This document shows, in pieces, positions 26,142-39,538 of a DNA stretch of 64,000 nucleotides. Position 1 is the first letter of the stretch; each line of letters begins with the position of its first letter. The position numbers and the translations under genes were made by a program. The notes under the pieces were generated by a model. The model saw only the letters and a list, made by a program, of their open reading frames with translations. It did no database searches and was not told the DNA's origin. The DNA is taken from assembly GCA_964016885.1 (NCBI GenBank), contig OZ024741.1, positions 99,448,001 through 99,512,000 on the forward strand. The letters run 5' to 3'. The DNA is from Eledone cirrhosa. Its lineage: Eukaryota.

Positions 26142-26872
26142 TCAATGTTTGTACATATAATTAACCTCCTATTCAACTGAACAATCATATAGATACATAT
26201 ATATATTGATGTTGTGAGCAACAGTTTCGTATTTACAGGGTGTACTGGATGCGACATATATTATACGAGAATTGTACAATAATTCAAATTAAAATTAAAA
26301 GCACAGAGTGGAATACATGCAACAGATAATACAAGAGAACTAACTGTAACTAACTTAAAAAATTCAATATAAACGTTAACTAAAATATAATTCAACATAT
26401 GTAATGGAAAGGACTACAATAACTTTGATTTTCTCAACACACACAAATTCAAACACTATCAACATATTACATCCGCCATAAATTTTAATACATTAACATA
26501 TTTGCTTACCATACAGTATTTATTTATTTATCTATATATGCATAATACCTTTGCTTATTTCCTTCTCATATATATGACTAACACAGGTGCACTTTCTACA
26601 CGCTTGCATATGTACTGGTAATGTACTCTTTCTTTCTCAATACTTCTTTCTCAATGCCTCTTTAATTATTAGCCTATTCTCTTGTATTATCTGTTGTATG
26701 TATTCCACTCTGTGCTTTTAATTTTAATTTTAATTATTGTACAATTCTCGTAAAATATATGTCGCATCCAGTACACCTTGTAAATACGAAACTGTTGCTC
26801 ACAACATCAATATATATGTATCTATATGATTGTTCAATTGAATAAGAGGTTAATTATATGTACAAACATTGA

Positions 26873-26926
26873 TAATTCTCCGATGACTCCAAACTTTCGT
26901 TTGGAAGAAACGATTGTCAGATATTA
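26873..26926 (+). ncRNA. Minimal hammerhead ribozyme motif (U4C variant)
   Basis: taatTCT-CCGATGA-cTCCAAAC tttc GTTTGGAa-GAAA-CGATTG-TC-AGAtatta. Confidence 0.75.
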
Positions 26927-27096
26927 AATGATTTGAACACAACTTTGATAATTGTCTAATTTATTTTCCTGCTCTGTAAAACACCTGATGTTCTTACATT
27001 GAGCTATTTCTCTTACTGGTAATAAGGTAGTAGGAAATTACTGACCTTTCCTGTTTATAGTTGTTTATATATACACACACATACAGACATATATAC

Positions 27097-27183
<87 letters not shown>

Positions 27184-27276
27184 CGTATATATATATATAT
27201 TTATATACATACACACAGACATATATACGTATACATATATATATATACATGTGTATATATACATGTGTATACACAC

Positions 27277-27311
<35 letters not shown>

Positions 27312-27402
27312 CACACATATATATACGTATACATACACGCACACATTTATACGCACACGCACACATACGCACACACACGTATACACACGCACGCATACCC
27401 AC

Positions 27403-27435
<33 letters not shown>

Positions 27436-28069
27436 CATACATTACTGGACAAATAAAGAAAAATGTTCACAACGCATAAACATTCACATACCTATCTACA
27501 CGTATATTTATTTACCCTGTAGCCTTGACAGACAAATGTATATAAGTTACACAACTAGTACACGTACATACAAAATTTATATAAACAGATTGACAAGATT
27601 AGCAACCTACATAACTGAGTAGACATCTATATGTATTCATGCTATTGGATACAGGTACAAAAACGGAAATGCATTACACTCATTGCCCTCAACAGAAATA
27701 TCTACACGTACATTTATGTTCAGTCATAAAGAAATAGAGAGGTTACAAATGCACATGCACACATCATATATATAAATACACAAATTTGAAATGTAAAGTA
27801 TAGCTTTTTTAAGAAGGTGGAAAAGAGCCGATCATCAGTGCACCTGAGCACTGTACACAATAATTTCATAATTATTATTATTTTTAAATATAGGTCTTCT
27901 TGATCAATCAGACATAAGATTCAAATTAAGGAAATGTGAGATTGTGTTCCCTGACAATATGGTGCGTTACGTGTGTGTGTGTATGTATCAAAATATGTCG
28001 CAATTAATCTTTCCATTGGCGATACTATGTCGATCGCATCTTCTGGCAGGCGACGGCGAGATTTGAACC

Positions 28070-29070
28070 TCGTTTCTTTCGGTGATAAAAGGAGAAAACC
28101 TACACCCGAATTATCTTCACAGCAATTGGCTCGAAATAAACCTATTGCGGTGGAGAAATTGTCATGAAACAAGGAACAGGCAAACAAACAAAGAAACAGT
28201 CTATAAGCAATGTAAATAGTTAGTGTTTAAATAGCTGTGGGTACATCTAGAACAGTAGACAAATCAAGAAAAATAACCGAAACAAAAAAGTTAAATACAT
28301 GTGAGTACAACAAAGACAGTCAGGCGAACGAAAAAATATATATATTTAAAGTTGGGTAGCGATATTGTTGTCGACACATACAGGCGATAACGTTGTGGGA
28401 AGAGAGTTCCCTACGGCCCAGAAAGAGAAAAGAAATATGGCGTCCAGCTGCAGCAGAGACGTGATGAAAATTCAAACCGCAACGATTGGTGTCAGTGAGT
28501 GAAAACAGGGGGAGACCACAAGCCTACCTTTTTTGCCTTCTATAATATTTACGTCCTTACTTTCGAGTTTCCACGCCAGAAGCGTCATATAACGTTTCAC
28601 CCATTGACATTAATCGTTGTCGTGAAGTTTTTTGCCTTTCAAAATGTCTTTGAGGAAGCTGGACGTTATATTTCTTATATTCCCTGGCTCGTCAGACGCT
28701 CTTTTCACACAGCGTTATCACCTGTTTGTGTCATTTGTCTAGCAATAGGGAAGCTAACCACAATATCACTACCCGACTTTATAAATATATAAGTTTCTTT
28801 CGTCTGACTGTCTTTAGTGTACCTTCAGGTATGTGATTTCTTTTTTTTTTTTTTTTTTTTTTGATAATTTTCCCGTCTGGTTTATCTACTTTTCGTGATG
28901 TACCCACAGCTATTTAAACTCTAACTGTTTACGTTCCTTGTCGACTAATGTTTGTTCGCCTGTTCCTTGTTTCCTGACACAATTTCTGTACAGCAATGGG
29001 CTGATTTAGGGCCTATCACTGTGATAATATTCTAGGTGACGGTTTTCTCCTCTTATCACCGAAAGAAAAA
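28070..29070. repeat. Old, diverged inverted repeat (~430-bp arms)
   Basis: TTTCTTTCGGTGATAA.AGGAGAAAACC, AAACAAGGAACAGGC, TTTAAATAGCTGTGGGTACATC and AAAGACAGTCAG recur as reverse complements in mirror order at 28600-29070. Confidence 0.85.
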
Positions 29071-29186
29071 GAAAAAAACCAGGTTGCCCGGTACGAGTAG
29101 CGGATGAATGGAATAGTTGGTTTTGTCCTGCCTTCCATTTGAATTTTACAAACGGTACACAGTCGCTTTTTCTCTGATATACGCAG

Positions 29187-29305
<119 letters not shown>

Positions 29306-30339
29306 AGGTGGAGCTATGTGAGTGTGTAAAACAAATCACCATACGCTTGATAAACTATATGAACAGACAGCTATGTAAGTCTACAAAGAAACTTCTATTG
29401 CATCACAAAATCGTGATGTAATCTTATTTGAATGTCGTTCATGTATTGTCCAGAAGAATCGTGTGACAGCGTCAAATGGCGCAGTTATGTGCATATCCCT
29501 GCCTACCGGCTATCATTTATATCCATCTTTCTATCAATGACCTAGGTCAGACAAAATGACTGCCAGTTTGATTGAGGAAGAGAGGATATCGTCTGGTAGA
29601 TAATGGCGGGTGGTGGTTTGCGATGGTGAGGCCCGGCAGTGATAGAAAGAGTATAAGAAGAATGAGGAGAAAGTTGAAAGAGAGAGAAAATGAGAAAGGG
29701 AAAGAAAAGATAAACGAGGGAAAAGGTATAGAAGAAAAAGAGGCAAAAACGAAGAAAAGGTGAGGAGAAAGACAGAAAATGTGGGGAGTTGAAGAAACTA
29801 GAGAATTGGTGAAGAGAATAAGGAAAAATGAGATCAAGCGGAAAGTAGTGAAAACATGAGAAATGTTGAGAGTATGAAAGAGAAGACGAGGGTAGGCAGA
29901 AAGAGAGGAAAATCAGCAGAGATGAAAATGCGATGTGAAAATGTAACGTGGGGTGTAGAGTGGTGAAAAGATTGTGATATATCTGAGATAAAGTAGAAAG
30001 GAAATGAAAGAGTTAAACATGAAAACTAGACAAATGAGCAGAATATGACGAAAGAAAAGTTAATGATGAGGAAGCATGCTTGGGTGACTGTGGGGAGATG
30101 GCTGGAAGAAAACAGATGAGAGAGGCGTGAAGCAAGAAAGACAGAAGAACAACAAACATAAAAACTGCTGGAAAATAAGTAGAAAAATTGATACACGATA
30201 AAGAAAAAATGAAAGAGAAGCTTAGACAAAGAGACAGATAGGTGGATTGGTAGAAAGGTAAGTAGATAAACGTAGGTATGTGTGTGTGTGGGTATATGTA
30301 TAGATGTATATACATATAAATATATATACTGTGTGTGTG

Positions 30340-30430
<91 letters not shown>

Positions 30431-30513
30431 ATATATATATGTCTGTGTGTCCTGGGTTCAATCGGGGGTAACCATAGTAAGTAAGGTTCTCAATACATAG
30501 CAGAGTATAAATA

Positions 30514-30750
<237 letters not shown>

Positions 30751-30770
30751 AATGTATGAATACACATATG

Positions 30771-30883
30771 TGTTTCTGAGGAGGACGGCCGATTGAAAAG
30801 GGTTTTCGAGACAAGAAATAAGTAGTAACTTAACCACTACCATGCTAGTCGATCAATCGACCCTCTGAAACGATCGTAAAACA
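30771..30883 (+). ncRNA. Hammerhead ribozyme motif with extended helix II
   Basis: TGTTT-CTGAGGA-GGACGGCCGATTGA...(~55 nt)...TCAATCGACCCTCT-GAAA-CGATCG-TA-AAACA: palindromic helix III and GUA triplet. Confidence 0.7.
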
Positions 30884-32710
30884 ATGAACTAACTCTCTAC
30901 CTACACCTGACTTCTGTTTTTTATTGTTCTATGCACAAAGACATATATGTAAATGACTCGGTAATCCGGACGGATTTACTTCGAGGATACCTTAGGCGGT
31001 GATCACCTACCGCAAAAACTACCAGTCACACTGCCGAATCTAGCTGCCACCATCCTTCCCATCACAACCAGCTGGATTACGATGTATATATATATATTCA
31101 CTTACATTATTCATGGGATTTGTCTATTTATAGATAAATTCGGGTTTACCTACCCTTAGAACTCTCCTGTACTTTCTAAAACCTCCATAGGGATAGCTAT
31201 CTTTATTTATATAACAAGTTGAATGAGTTGGGGTGTATAAACCAACGAAACCTAAGCACCTGTACATTTCACTGCTTGTAACTAAATTATATATGTGTGT
31301 GTGTGGTAAAAGTGAGTTGCACCTGTAATTTAAAGGGCCAGCTATGTCACATTCTCTCCCACGCTGAATCTCCCTGAGAACTACGTTAAAGGTACACCTG
31401 TCTGTGGAATACTCAGCCACTTATACGTTAATTTCACGAGCAGACTGTTCTGTTGCTCGAACCAACTGGACTTCCAGTCGTTAGAACCGACGGCGTGCCA
31501 ACACACACACATACTGCTGATGTATACATCAAAACACACATACTACTAAATACTTCACTAAGAAATCATAAGGCTGCATCGTTGTTGTAAACACTGGCAG
31601 TTACACTTAATATAGACCCGCACCATCTACATAAAACGTTGCGCCTAAATTTAGGAAATGTTTGATTTCTGCTTCCTGTATTTCCCGGTCATGTAAACAA
31701 CCGCAGATAGGCCGGAAGTCATTAAAATGGCATTATTACAAGGTCAGTAGATCACACCATCATTTCTTTATATAAGCCATGTTGATTTGTATTTACCAGT
31801 AGATCACTATAATTACAATATCTCTGAAATATTGTATTTATAGAGATCGATAAAATATCTAGCCCAGACTTTAAGAAAGTAAGTACTGCCGTTGATAAGC
31901 ACTTTATGGCGGTGTACCAGGATGACCACAGTCTAATGATTGAAACCTGTAAAAAAAAAAAGGATTTTTTTTTTCATTAACGCAGTGCTCTCGAATATAC
32001 TGCATTCTGAAATACTGTGTCATATATTGAATAATCTCATCAACCCAACCACTTTCGTTGACGAACTACAACAGACACTGATAAATGGATAGAGGAATAG
32101 CAAGCAGATGGATGATTAGATGGAAGAATGGATGGATAGAGAAATAGATAGGTAGATGGCTGATTAGCATTTGGCAGATTTATGTCTAAAGAGAGATGTG
32201 CTGCCATTTTTCACTTTTCACCCAGATTTACACAAGATGTAAACATATATAATTATACATCAGCACTGTTATTTACGATTATATATATATGCACAAACAT
32301 CACACATACAATGTATGTGTATGTATATATATATATATGTGTGTGTGTGTGTAAATATATGTACGTATAATAAATGCGGATTGTCTGTGCCCAGAAAAGA
32401 ACTCAAGCCCCAACGGATCTACCCCAACCTATTATACATTTTTGGAATCGGCAAACCTCCGGGGGGTTGTTTCCACAACCATCATATTGACAGCGATCCC
32501 GTCTGCGAAACCACTGAAAGTTCAGTTTACGCATTGTTACTTATTCGCATACAGCTCATATATATATATATATATATATATATGAATGTATGTATAGTAT
32601 ATTTGGCAATATACCGTATGTTTAATTAAAAACATTTTGAAGACCATACGTGATCGGTTTTAAAGTAGTGACTATGTCACTTACTTCTTTTCGGCGAAAG
32701 AAGGGAGAGA

Positions 32711-32751
32711 AGCTAACAGTCTGTTTCACGCTGGTTGGCGATCATCAGAGC
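32711..32751 (-). ncRNA. Minimal hammerhead ribozyme motif
   Basis: GGCT-CTGATGA-tCGC caacca GCGt-GAAA-CAGaCTG-TT-AGCT. Confidence 0.8.
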
Positions 32752-32850
32752 CACGCACCCCCTGCTTCTGCCGAAAATTATAGAAGCTGGGTTCTTATAG
32801 AATTCTAGTAATAATCAGGAGCCGACTATACAGAGCGACCGCCGGTCCAA

Positions 32851-34370
32851 TATCATCATCATTATCATTTTACGTCCGCTTTTCCCTGCTTGCAAGGGTG
32901 GGACGGGTCCTATTCAGCACAGCATCTCTCCATTCGTCACGGTCTTTTGTCATCTCCTCCGTGAGCTTCAGCGATCTGAGATCTGCTCTTACCACCTTCG
33001 CCCATGTTTTTCGTGGTCTTCCTCTACTGCGTCTTCCTTCTACTGGGATTTCTTGGCACTTCTTTACCCACCGGTCATCCTCCATCCACATCACATGTCC
33101 ATACCAATAGTCTTCTCTCCCGCACACTACAGCTTATCCCTCTTATACACAGTTTCTCTCTCAATTCGTCTATGCTTGGTCGTTTACACACATTGCACAT
33201 CCAACGGAGCATATTTGCTTCATTTCTCTCCAGCTGTCGCATATCCTCTGCAGTTGCTGCCCATGTTTCACTACCATGCAGCATCGAGCATCTCACACAA
33301 GCATCATATAACCGGCCTTTCGTTCGTAGGGAGAAACCCATCTTTGTCAACAGAGGAAGCAGCTCCCTAAACTTTTTCCAACCCGTCCTTATTCTAGATA
33401 CTATGACCTCGAGGTACCCTCATCCCTGGCTAATCTGATCACCTAGGTATCAGAAGCTATCAAACACCTCTATAGATTCTACCTGCATTTGAAAAATGTG
33501 TCTATCGCTGCGACTTCTACTGTCAAATTTCCCTGAACATCAACTGCATATGTAGTTTTCCCTACCAGTTAGTTTACCTGCTATCCCACTACATCTCTTG
33601 TATACCCAAGATCTGCATTGTGTACATAGTGTAGAATTTATGCCAACTCCTTTTCTACATATTGAACATGGCCATTTCCCTGATAGAATCAGAGTTTTGT
33701 CCTCTTTTCTGCTTATCAACACTTTTGTCTTAGCTAGATTCAATCTCAGTCCTCTTGATTCCAACTGCTGTTTCCATAGTCAGAATTTATTCTCTAGCTC
33801 CTCTACTGATTCTGATATAAGTACCAGATCGTCAGCATAGAGAAGTTCCCATGGGCAGCCAGTTTTAAACTCTTCTGTTATGGCTTGGAGGACTATAATG
33901 AACAAGAGTGGACTGAAGACCGAACCCTGATGTACTCCTACTTGTTTCTGGAATTCCTCACTAATCTCCATTCCTACTCTCACTTTACTGACAGCACCTC
34001 TGTACATAGCTTGCACTATCCTCACAAGCCATTTCTCTACACCTAGTTTCCTTAGGGTCCACCAGAAGACAGATCAGAGTACTCTATCAAAGGCCTTCTC
34101 TAGGTCAACACAAGCTAAGTATAGTGTCTTATTCTTCTCTCAGAACCTCTCTTGTAGTTGTCTCACTAAGAAGAGGGCATCTGTTGTACTTTTCCCAGGC
34201 ACAAAACCAAACTGCATCTCATCTAATTTGACCCTTTCTCTAATTAGTTGCGCTAGTATTCTTTCTACCGCTTTCATAACCCGGCCCATCAGTTTTATGC
34301 CCCTATAATTGCTCCTCTCCAGAGTATCCCCTTCACCTTTGTAGCAATTTATAAGAATACTGCTGCACCA
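32851..34370 (-). mobile_element. RTE-clade LINE, 5'-truncated and frameshifted
   Basis: SNYRGIKL, QFGFVPGKSTTDA, GVHQGS..SPLLF, LLYADDLV, KWPCSIC zinc-finger insert, GRRSRGRPRKTW, RDEWR; 3' (TGA)n tail. Confidence 0.95.
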
Positions 34371-34832
34371 TGTATATACATATAATAAGAGAGAGATGTT
34401 TGTTGGTTGGTTGGTTCCTTCGCGCATCACACAAAAACAAAAATTAACAATCGAAAAGTAAGGGAACACGTACATACACACGTACACATACACACACACA
34501 CACACAGACACACACACACTCATACATATATATATATATATTTCTATTTATTTGCCACCAGGGCATCAAAGATTGGGACAAATATAAAGAGGGGAGTTTA
34601 CATACATTTAAAAAGACGTGTAAAAAATATATAACAAATTAAATTTAACAATCGATGTCCTCAATAGGGAGGGGCGTTGACATGTGTCGCACACACTCCC
34701 GAAAAAATGTGCAACCCTCCTCTTCAGGAGCACAAAGAGCGGGTGCTTCCTTCCTCTTCTCATTCTTCTCCTCTCTCACCTACAGGCTGATATAGAGAGA
34801 AGGCCCATTCACTCAGGCCATTCTCGCTACTT

Positions 34833-36167
34833 TCACCCATCTTTCATAAAACTTGCTGGGGTAGAGCACCTCTCTCTCTCCATTCTGATCCTTCTTCTAA
34901 AGTGGTACTTGAAAAAAAAGACCAGTTGTTGGCCGGAGAGATAGGTGTCTGACCTCAGCCCTTTCAACCTTGTCCACCATACGCTCATCCGCTCAGGTTC
35001 AAGGATCACGCGTCCATCCTGGTCCTTCAAAGACCGAATCGTGGACATGTTTCCACTTTTTGCCTCTGTCACTCGGGCCGAGCTAACAGCTTTGGCTCCC
35101 TCGTTACCCAGAGCACGTATTTTACTCCTGACAACGCAGCCCTCGTGTTTCGCATCAAAGAACTGGTCTAGGGCCGTTCTTGACGCCAGCATGCCGGCCA
35201 CGTTGCCACTCCTAATCGCCTCTTCTACTCTATTTGTTAATTCCCTTTCAGTTCTATTCCTATCTGATGCTAATTCCTGACTAAAACCTATCGATTCTAT
35301 TCTAATTTCTCTCTTGAGAGAGCCCCACCACCTGTTGTTGACAATTGCCCCCGTCAAACGCTGCTTAACTAGTGTGCTAATCCGCTTACTGTAAGCTTTG
35401 TTTGTCGGTAAAGACAAGTTTAGCTTCCAGTAACCGGGTCCCTGTCTATGAGTTCTATCAAGGTTGACCACTCCGGTCAACAACTTGTGATCCGAATAGT
35501 CAACCATGAACATTCGTGGACAGCTTAATATGTCCCTATCCTTATTTCTAACTAGGAACCTATCTAGGTACGACCTGGATGTTCCGCTGTGATTACTCCA
35601 CGTCCACCGTGGCACAGTCGGAAAATCCAGTCGATATCTATCGGCCAGATCAAATCGTCCGATTAATCGTTTGAGGCTGTTACAGCCCCCTCTATCGGGA
35701 CATGCCCCTATATAGTCCCAACGTGCATCCAGGATACCATTCCAGTCCCCCACTAAAAGCAAGGCGCGAGACGTTCCCAGGAAATTCTCCAGGCGTCGGA
35801 AGAAGTCCGGTCGCGGTGTCCCCGATGGGGCATACGCTGCCACCAGCCTGAAAGCTCCACCTTCACCACTGCCGACGTCTAAAACCACCAGTCGACCCTC
35901 CGGGTCCAGGTGTACCTTCTGTGTGGCAAGACCCAGGTATTTTCGCAGCAGAACGACAACCCCACCCCCACCCCTCGGCTGACAGAGCGATGCGTAGATC
36001 TCAAAGTCGTCGAAGATGGGGGCCAGTTGGCGCTCGCTGCTGATCCTGGACTCGCAAATAACCATTACATCCACTCTGTGCGACCTGAGGTCATTTAAGA
36101 GTTTGCCCTGTTTTCAGGACATCCCCAAGCCGCGTGCATTCACACATCCAACTCTTATATTGGCCAT
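34833..36167 (-). pseudogene. LINE ORF2: APE-type endonuclease plus C-terminal tail, RT missing
   Basis: ATG at 36167 with an in-frame TGA at 36116; motifs AAYAP, LVGDWN, TWSN, SYLDRF, SDHK, GPGYWKLN. Confidence 0.9.
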
Positions 36168-36885
36168 GTTGGTGCTGAAGAGGTAAAAAGGAAGAGGAAA
36201 GGAAATTACTTACCTCTTCGTCTCCTGGGGACCAGGCTGCACAATTTCCATGGGGGTGTTGGAAGGGTTGTTTGGTGGGGTGGTGGTTTGTGGTGGGGTG
36301 AGGACATCAGTGTGTGGTGGGATTAGGGTGTTTGGTGGGGTGTGGGTGTCTGGTGTGGGGGTGGGGAAACATCTCAATAGGACGCTGTTATGTGGTTTGG
36401 TGCAGTTGGTCCCCACATGCATTGGATGGTTCTTTTTCAAAGTTACATAGGTTTCCGTTGGGACCCTAATCATCATTAGGTGCGGTTTGTTCGCTGCGTA
36501 GGTGAAAGTGATCCCTTCGGTTTCCACCAAAGGGTTATTTTCTATCGCTTTCATCAACGTTTTATTGTTCTTGTTAATGTATGTATAGAGTTTTTGTTGT
36601 GTTGTGTTTGTTTTTGTTTGTTGTTCTTGCGGGTGTTTGCGTTTTATAGTACGTGTTATGTTTTGGGGAGGGGTGGGTTTTTTTATTTATGATGTTTGTT
36701 CTGTTTGTGCTGGTGGTTGTGTGTTTGTGGCATTTTTGTTAATGTGGTGCCTTTTTTTTTTCCTTTTCACCTGTTGAAAGGGTTCTCCCTCGTCGTCACT
36801 GGGTGACGTTGATACGGAGTCCTCTTCCGTGTTGTTGGGGAGGGGTATATTTTGGGGTTTTGCTGTGGTTGCTTTTGTATTTGTT

Positions 36886-37872
36886 TTAGGTGGGGAGGGG
36901 TTGGGTGGAACAGTGTTTTGTGTTGTTATTTTTCCGTGTTGTTGTGGTGATGGTGGTGGTGGTGGTGGTGGTGGTTGTGTTGTTGTGTTCGGGGTTGGCA
37001 GAAGAGCCTTTTTTTTTACTCGTTAATTGGGGACAGGCAGCCCTCAGGTGACCCCTGCTTAAGCAGTGGTAACATGACGGTCGCCTTCCCTCCACTGAAA
37101 TGTTTATATAAGTTAGCCCGTCCAGAGGCACGCGTTGTGGGATATTCGCTATTCGTTCTGGGCTCATTTGCACCAGAACTTCTACGGTGGTCCCACCAAA
37201 TACGCCTCCGGAGGACTTTCCTATTGAAATTATCTTGTCTTCGTCAAAGTTTATTATTCCACATAGTATCCACCAAATGTTTACATTTGGTGTGATACTC
37301 ATTATTTTTATTCTTTGTGTCCTTTTTCCCCTGTATGTGGGGTAAAAGGTGAAGTGGGGGGACACAATGGGTGCTATCGAGTACTTTTGAGCTGTTGACT
37401 GGTTGTTCATCAGCACCGAAATGCTACCAAACAGTTTACCTTTTTGTATGAAGGTTAAGTCCTTCATTGCGTCTTTTAGAACCAGCTCAATTTCATTTTG
37501 TGATAATTGAGCTGGTTTTCTTGTTACGTTCGATATTGTCCTGAAAACCACAGTTTTCAGGACAGCCTCTCTACGTAATTCCTGTGGAGAATTGATGCTA
37601 AAAGCACCGTTTTCGCCAAAAGTCACGAATTGTTTTGCGTCTTGTAATAGTTGTTTAGCATTTGTTATGTTTATTGGCGTGTATAGTTCGGTTTTTTTTA
37701 CGGTCTGTGCAAATGTTGTTTTGGTGTTGTTGTCTTTCGTGTTACTGTCACTGTTGGTAATATTGGTGTTGCTATTGTTGCAGTTGTTGGTTGTGGTGTT
37801 GTTGTCATTGTTCTTGTTGTTGGTGCTGGTATTATTTCCCGGATTTGGTTTCGCGGTTTCGATATTTTCCAC
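36886..37872 (-). pseudogene. LINE ORF1 (gag-like, zinc knuckle)
   Basis: VEGRRPSCYHCLSRGHLRAACP (CX2CX4HX4C). Continues with frameshifts to ~36210. Confidence 0.85.
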
Positions 37873-39459
37873 GTTTTTCGATGATGCGAGGGGGGGGGGG
37901 GGGGCTGCAAGCTTTGTACTCCTACCTTCCCTCCACCACTTTTCTTAGTGGGCGTGGCACTCACGACAGTGTGCGAGGTGGAAATGGCATCCATTGCCAC
38001 CAAGTCTACAGTTTTTAGATGAAAATTGAAAATTTCGCCCCTCCCCTTGTCTTAATATACATAACTAATTCTCTCTCCCCCTCTCTCAATATATCTAACT
38101 TACTCTCTCCTCCTCTTAACATACATAACTTACTCTCTTACCCCTCTCTTAATATATGTAATTAATTCTCCCCCACCCCTCTCTTTCTCAATTATCTGGA
38201 AGAATTTTTACTTTTATTTTTGTCACACACACACACACACCACGGTCTCGCCTCACTGTAAACCAAACAACGCATCCGATAGAGTCGTTTTCTTTTCTAC
38301 TTGTCTTCTTTTATCATCTGTTTACCCGGGCGAAACTGGGTACGTCAGCTAGTATATAATAAATGCGAATTTCCCTACATGTATCCGTATGATTTTATTG
38401 CTTCGGAAAATATAAGTGCTGCACTTAGTATTAAAGTAAATAAAAGGGCGGTGGTTTGGCAGTCATTAGAGCGTTAGACAACGTTTTACCGCATGTAGTT
38501 ACGTCCCGTTTACATTCTGAGTTCAAATCCCGCCGAGATTAACTTTGTTTTTCATCCTTACGAGGTCAATAAACTAATGTACCAGTAATGCACTAGGGTC
38601 AATTTAGTCAATTTCCCCCATTTCATTCAAATTGCTGCCCCTGCGTCAAAGTAGAAACAAATATTAACGTCAATAAATGAAATATGTCGCTGCAAGTTCG
38701 CATCGTTTCCTTGTCATGAAAGAAATTTTGCTTTCTAATAAATGTTTCGCTACACCCGCTTTCGAGAATGGAGACTATGGAATATCTAAGAGTTGATAAA
38801 AACTGATTTATTTTAAAACGGTTTCGAATCTCATCGAAGGTGTTGCAATGGACTATTTTAAACATACCTTATTACTAGTTCATACCGCGTATTTACTTTA
38901 TTAAGTTTGTGGTCGCTATTTTGTAGAGAATAAGCGTCGTTGTATTGAATTAAATAAACCGCAAGACGAATTATGTCGGTGCAAGTTCGTCATTTGTATG
39001 TCAAAAATGTAGTTTTCTTTTTTCATACATTTGTATACATTTCCTTATACATTACGAAACAAACACACGTACATACTCTCATAGTAGAAAATCGGATTAT
39101 ATAGTCTTGTATTATAGTTCTGTATAGATGCATTTTTGCACAAAACCTCATGCTGCAATCGAGAATGTTGAAGGCTGAGGAACATATGTATACACTAGGA
39201 GTAATTTTTAGCTCTTTCGTAAATACAGACAATTGTGACTGCTTTTCTTCTTTCACCTTTGCCATTGAATGATCTGCTTTGCATTCAGAAGGAAACAGAA
39301 CAGCTCTAATCTGAGCCACTTCGACATTAAATGTCTGATATTTGATACTAATAAAAGATTATTTTTTCTTAGATGTTCTTTCCTCTGGAATCCTGATGGG
39401 GGGTCTACTCTATACAGCAAATCAAATCTCTTTATTTTCCCTTTCCCTTTCGTTTTATC

Positions 39460-39538
<79 letters not shown>

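Larger units (their letters stand above)
26050..27068. mobile_element. Inverted-repeat element with ~290-bp arms, each carrying a hammerhead
   Basis: 26050-26340 is the reverse complement of 26676-26962 (a few mismatches), with a ~335-bp spacer. Homologous to 4498-5195. Confidence 0.85.
34541..38005 (-). mobile_element. Tx1/L1-clade LINE with internal deletion of the RT
   Basis: ORF1 with a CCHC knuckle, ORF2 APE endonuclease joined directly to the ORF2 C-terminus, and a 3' end GGCAAATAAATAGAAA. Confidence 0.9.
34371..38352 (+). mobile_element. Non-autonomous Helitron (16536 family) hosting the Tx1 LINE
   Basis: The 5' part TATATAATAAGAGAGAGATGTTTGTTGGTTGGTTGG resembles 16538-16580. The 3' ~120 bp aligns with 17200-17318 and ends CCCGGGCGAAACTGGG...CTAG|T. 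Confidence 0.65.

Noticed and set aside
39023-39400. Protein-like minus-strand ORF
   Set aside because: No recognisable domain or consistent splice structure.
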